This document shows positions 8,100 to 10,202 of a stretch of DNA of 10,202 bases, in pieces (positions within the stretch are counted from its first letter, which is position 1; each line of letters opens with the position of its first letter). This DNA is from a virus, in the UHGV virus genome UHGV-0155057. The stretch is one strand, 5' to 3'. A program made the position numbers and the translations under genes. The notes under the pieces were generated by a model. The model ran no database searches. It saw only the letters and a program-made list of their open reading frames with translations, and was not told where the DNA came from.

Positions 8100-8692
8100 A
8101 ACAAATGTCACTAATTGAGATGGATGGATTTCTGAAAGGTAAATGCATCCCACGAGATTTAAAGGTTAACGAAACAAACGCTGAATATCTGGTGCGTAAA
8201 TTTGCTGAAGCGGAGGCCAAGTGCGCGGCGCTGGCAGCGGAGAATACGGGGCTGAAGTCTGGCGCTATGGACGAAATCAAGGTTATCAACCGTGGAGGGC
8301 AGGCATATTGTGTAAAAGATGGAGTGCAAGTTAATCCCATGTATGCAAGAGGGTGGAATGACTATCGCGCAAAGTCTATGCAATCATACACCCCAGCCAC
8401 CGATGCTTTCCTGGCTGGAGTGCGGGCCAGCTCCATTCCTGAAGGTTACGTGCTTGTACCTCAACAAATTTTTCTCAAACCATCCGACATTGAATCTATT
8501 TGCTCTCAATGTGGTGACGGTCATGAATCTGGGTACGGTGATTTTACTGATGGGCTGCTGTGGATTGGCAACATTCAATGTGACGACGGAAGTATTGTCC
8601 ACGGACTGCATATCTCATCAGCCGATTACTCAGAGGAAGGCGGTGTAACAGTTTGCGAGTTCGACGCAGGCATGTGCATCAAAGGAGAGTGA
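8096..8692 (+). CDS. Hypothetical phage early protein (198 aa) with a coiled-coil-like N-terminal region and a Cys-rich C-terminal region
   Basis: ATG 8096 is coupled to the upstream stop; an alternative ATG at 8078 lacks an RBS. The C-terminal region carries CSQCGDGH...QCDDGS...VCEFDAGMC, suggesting possible metal binding. No family recognised with confidence. Confidence 0.6.
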   Translation: MKQMSLIEMDGFLKGKCIPRDLKVNETNAEYLVRKFAEAEAKCAALAAENTGLKSGAMDEIKVINRGGQAYCVKDGVQVNPMYARGWNDYRAKSMQSYTPATDAFLAGVRASSIPEGYVLVPQQIFLKPSDIESICSQCGDGHESGYGDFTDGLLWIGNIQCDDGSIVHGLHISSADYSEEGGVTVCEFDAGMCIKGE

Positions 8693-8693
8693 T

Positions 8694-9377
8694 ATGAGCA
8701 CTATCACTAAAGAACGTATCGAATTGTTCATTAAATCCCCGCTTAAAAACGGGCTTACCCGTGGCGAACAAATGGAACTGGCACGGATTGCTCTGGCATC
8801 GCTGGAAGCTGAAAAGGTAACTCTCTATCGCGAGCGAAATCCCTACAATGGCATGACGACCGGATGGCAGGAATTGACCGAGCAGGAATACGAGTTTGTC
8901 AAAGATAACGCCAGTGAAAACGCCGAATTTCGTACTGTGTACACCGCACCGCCAGCGCCGGTAGTACCTGCTGCATTACCTGAGAACGACGATGAGGACG
9001 GGCAGGACATTGATTATCTTGAGCCATCTGAAGTTTACGCGCTTGGGCGAACAGCTGGCTGGAACGCCTGCCGTGCTGCCATGCTTCAGGGTAAATCCGA
9101 ACAACCACAAAACGCACAACAAAATATTCCGGAAAATATTCCCGGTGGCAACTCTCCGGTAACTCCGGATGGTTGGATAAGCTGTAGTGAGCGAATGCCG
9201 GAAGAAACGGGTGACATTATTGTTGTTTCGGATGGCATTGTAATGTCAGGGATTTCTTATTCTCGTCGTGACGGGTTCTATATGGCCGCATTGGAGTACG
9301 ACGACGACGAACCAATTGACGGTGTAACCCACTGGATGCCTCTACCAGAACCGCCGCAGGAGGTTAACGGTGGCTAA
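8694..9377 (+). CDS. Eaa-like early protein with a C-terminal DUF551-type domain (227 aa)
   Basis: AGGAG 6 nt upstream of ATG 8694. The C-terminal segment PDGWISCSERMPEE...DGVTHWMPLPEPP resembles the DUF551 signature seen in prophage Eaa proteins, recalled from memory. An acidic linker precedes it. Confidence 0.65.
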   Translation: MSTITKERIELFIKSPLKNGLTRGEQMELARIALASLEAEKVTLYRERNPYNGMTTGWQELTEQEYEFVKDNASENAEFRTVYTAPPAPVVPAALPENDDEDGQDIDYLEPSEVYALGRTAGWNACRAAMLQGKSEQPQNAQQNIPENIPGGNSPVTPDGWISCSERMPEETGDIIVVSDGIVMSGISYSRRDGFYMAALEYDDDEPIDGVTHWMPLPEPPQEVNGG

Positions 9378-9654
9378 CCTGCAACTTGCCGTTAAAGGTG
9401 AATACTTCGATGCCATGATTCGCAGAGAGAAAACAGAAGAGTATCGCCTGTGTAATGACTATTGGAATAAGCGAATTATGTTCCGGGAGTATGACCGCCT
9501 GATTATCACAAAGGGATATCCGAAGCGCGACGACTACAGCCGTAGAATTGACGTCCCGTATGACGGATATGAAATAAAGACAATCACACATCCACACTTC
9601 GGCGATAAACCGGTAAAGGTATTCGCGATAAAGGTGAATATCGGCAATGAATAA
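9370..9654 (+). CDS. ASCH / PUA-like (DUF3850-type) domain protein (94 aa)
   Basis: GTG start at 9370 with GGAGG 7 nt upstream, overlapping the upstream gene by 8 nt. The N-terminus (L.VKGEYFDAMIRREKTEEYRLCND) fits the ASCH-type K-x-x-E-x-R pattern and the small beta-barrel length. Confidence 0.65.
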   Translation: MANLQLAVKGEYFDAMIRREKTEEYRLCNDYWNKRIMFREYDRLIITKGYPKRDDYSRRIDVPYDGYEIKTITHPHFGDKPVKVFAIKVNIGNE

Positions 9655-9688
9655 CAATCCTCGCACTCGCGGGGATTTCTTTTATCTG

Positions 9689-9714
9689 AACTCGCTACGG
9701 CGAGTTTTGTTTTA
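9689..9714 (+). terminator. Putative weak intrinsic terminator or attenuator
   Basis: Hairpin aaCTCGC-tacg-GCGAGtt followed by the T-rich tract TTTTGTTTT. The GC stem is only 5 bp, so this is weak. Confidence 0.3.
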
Positions 9715-9726
9715 TGGAGATGATAA

Positions 9727-9894
9727 ATGCACTTCCGAGTCACAGGAGAATGGAATGGAGAGCCATTCAACAGAGTTATCGAAGCAGAGAACATCAACGA
9801 CTGCTATGACCACTGGATGCTATGGGCGCAGATAGCACATGCAGACATAACCAATATTCGAATTGAAGAACTGAAAGAACACCAAGCCGCCTGA
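9727..9894 (+). CDS. Hypothetical small protein (55 aa) between two terminator-like hairpins
   Basis: ATG 9727 with GGAG 7 nt upstream. Translation is MHFRVTGEWNGEPFNRVIEAENINDCYDHWMLWAQIAHADITNIRIEELKEHQAA. The TGA stop (9892-9894) lies in the loop of the downstream terminator. Preferred over the overlapping track ORF 9647-9835. Confidence 0.4.
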   Translation: MHFRVTGEWNGEPFNRVIEAENINDCYDHWMLWAQIAHADITNIRIEELKEHQAA

Positions 9895-9909
9895 TGGCGG
9901 TTTATTTTT
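9884..9909 (+). terminator. Rho-independent terminator at the end of the early-left gene block
   Basis: Stem GCCGCC (9886-9891), loop TGAT, GGCGG(T) (9896-9901) with flanking A:T pairs, followed by TTTATTTTT. Confidence 0.55.
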
Positions 9910-9916
9910 GCCTGAT

Positions 9917-9932
9917 TTGCAGGTTCGATTCC
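9917..9932. other. tRNA T-arm-like 16-mer (TTGCAGGTTCGATTCC); possible attachment-site core remnant, not a tRNA gene
   Basis: Contains the GGTTCGATTCC T-loop consensus with a 5' stem half, but no matching 3' T-stem, acceptor stem or upstream tRNA body. From memory it resembles the T-arm of an arginine tRNA (argW-type) used as an integration site by P22-like/KplE1-type elements. Confidence 0.3.
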
Positions 9933-9951
9933 CTATTCGGAGATAGCACTC

Positions 9952-10152
9952 ATGCAACACGAACTACAACCTGATTCACTGGTTGATTTGAAATTCATCA
10001 TGGCTGATACTGGCTTTGGTAAAACCTTCATCTATGACCGGATTAAGTCCGGCGACCTGCCTAAAGCCAAAGTTATCCACGGGCGAGCAAGATGGTTATA
10101 TCGTGACCATTGTGAATTCAAAAATAAGCTCTTAAGCCGCGCCAATGGGTAA
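9952..10152 (+). CDS. xis: Excisionase / recombination directionality factor, AlpA-family winged helix, TorI-like (66 aa)
   Basis: GGAG 9 nt upstream of ATG 9952. The translation (..LVDLKFIMADTGFGKTFIYDRIKSGDLPKAKVIHGRARWLYRDHCEFKNKLL..) matches the excisionase pattern of a helix, I/FYxxI/LKxGxxPK, then a G-R-x-x-RW wing. Its size and position at the prophage end are as for TorI of KplE1 and the Sf6/HK620 excisionases. Confidence 0.8.
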   Translation: MQHELQPDSLVDLKFIMADTGFGKTFIYDRIKSGDLPKAKVIHGRARWLYRDHCEFKNKLLSRANG

Positions 10153-10202
10153 AATAGCGGGTAAAATATTTCTCACATCTCAAAAACACCATTCCAATCA
10201 AT

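Noticed and set aside
5654-9797. Shorter overlapping track ORFs across the early-left region (for example 5654-5836, 5905-6096, 6366-6605, 6454-6732, 6624-6824, 6784-7008, 6840-7034, 7100-7285, 7420-7611, 7866-8153, 7907-8104, 8050-8340, 8159-8383, 8319-8648, 8384-8611, 8899-9117, 9364-9666, 9534-9797)
   Set aside because: Each is nested in or antisense to a better-supported plus-strand gene with an RBS and recognisable motifs; none shows coupling or start signals of its own.
9647-9835. Track ORF of 62 aa (MNNNPRTRGDFFYLNSLRR...)
   Set aside because: Translation is Ser/Thr/Arg-rich and runs straight through the hairpin at 9689-9714. The alternative-frame ORF 9727-9894 has an RBS, a more protein-like sequence and a stop inside the downstream terminator. 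Not excluded, just less likely.
9917-9932. A complete tRNA gene around the GGTTCGATTCC motif
   Set aside because: No complementary 3' T-stem, acceptor stem, anticodon arm or D-arm can be built from the flanks; kept only as a possible att-core fragment.
1-10202. CRISPR array, IS element or transposase, integrase, rRNA
   Set aside because: No regularly spaced direct repeats, no transposase- or integrase-like ORF, no terminal inverted repeats and no rRNA-like sequence were seen. The integrase expected beside the excisionase gene would lie beyond the window edge.

Overview
This window reads as a P22-like (Podoviridae-type lambdoid) prophage remnant from an enterobacterial, E. coli/Shigella-like genome; all homology calls are from reading the translations and from memory, with no searches run. 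Minus strand, left to right: a tailspike gene (50-2032) with a P22 gp9-type head-binding N-terminus and a divergent beta-helix receptor domain, then a 665-aa ejection-protein gene (gp16-like, 2504-4501) and a 5'-truncated gp20-like gene (4501-5616). A plus-strand Mnt-like ribbon-helix-helix repressor gene (2154-2414) sits between tailspike and gp16-like, with a 23-bp palindrome in the divergent intergenic region as a candidate operator. At about 5604-5640 the truncated gp20-like frame meets head-to-head a 5'-truncated Rad52/Sak-type annealing-protein gene, with no head, terminase, lysis, replication or immunity genes between them, consistent with a large internal deletion. The plus-strand early-left operon follows: ssb (with an unusual 15-residue extension past DDDIPF), a DEDDh 3'-5' exonuclease, several tightly coupled small genes of unknown function, a DUF551/Eaa-like gene, an ASCH/PUA-like gene, a small terminator-flanked ORF and a TorI/AlpA-type excisionase (9952-10152). 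No integrase, tRNA gene, CRISPR array or transposase is in the window; a 16-nt tRNA T-arm-like motif upstream of the excisionase may be an attachment-core remnant.
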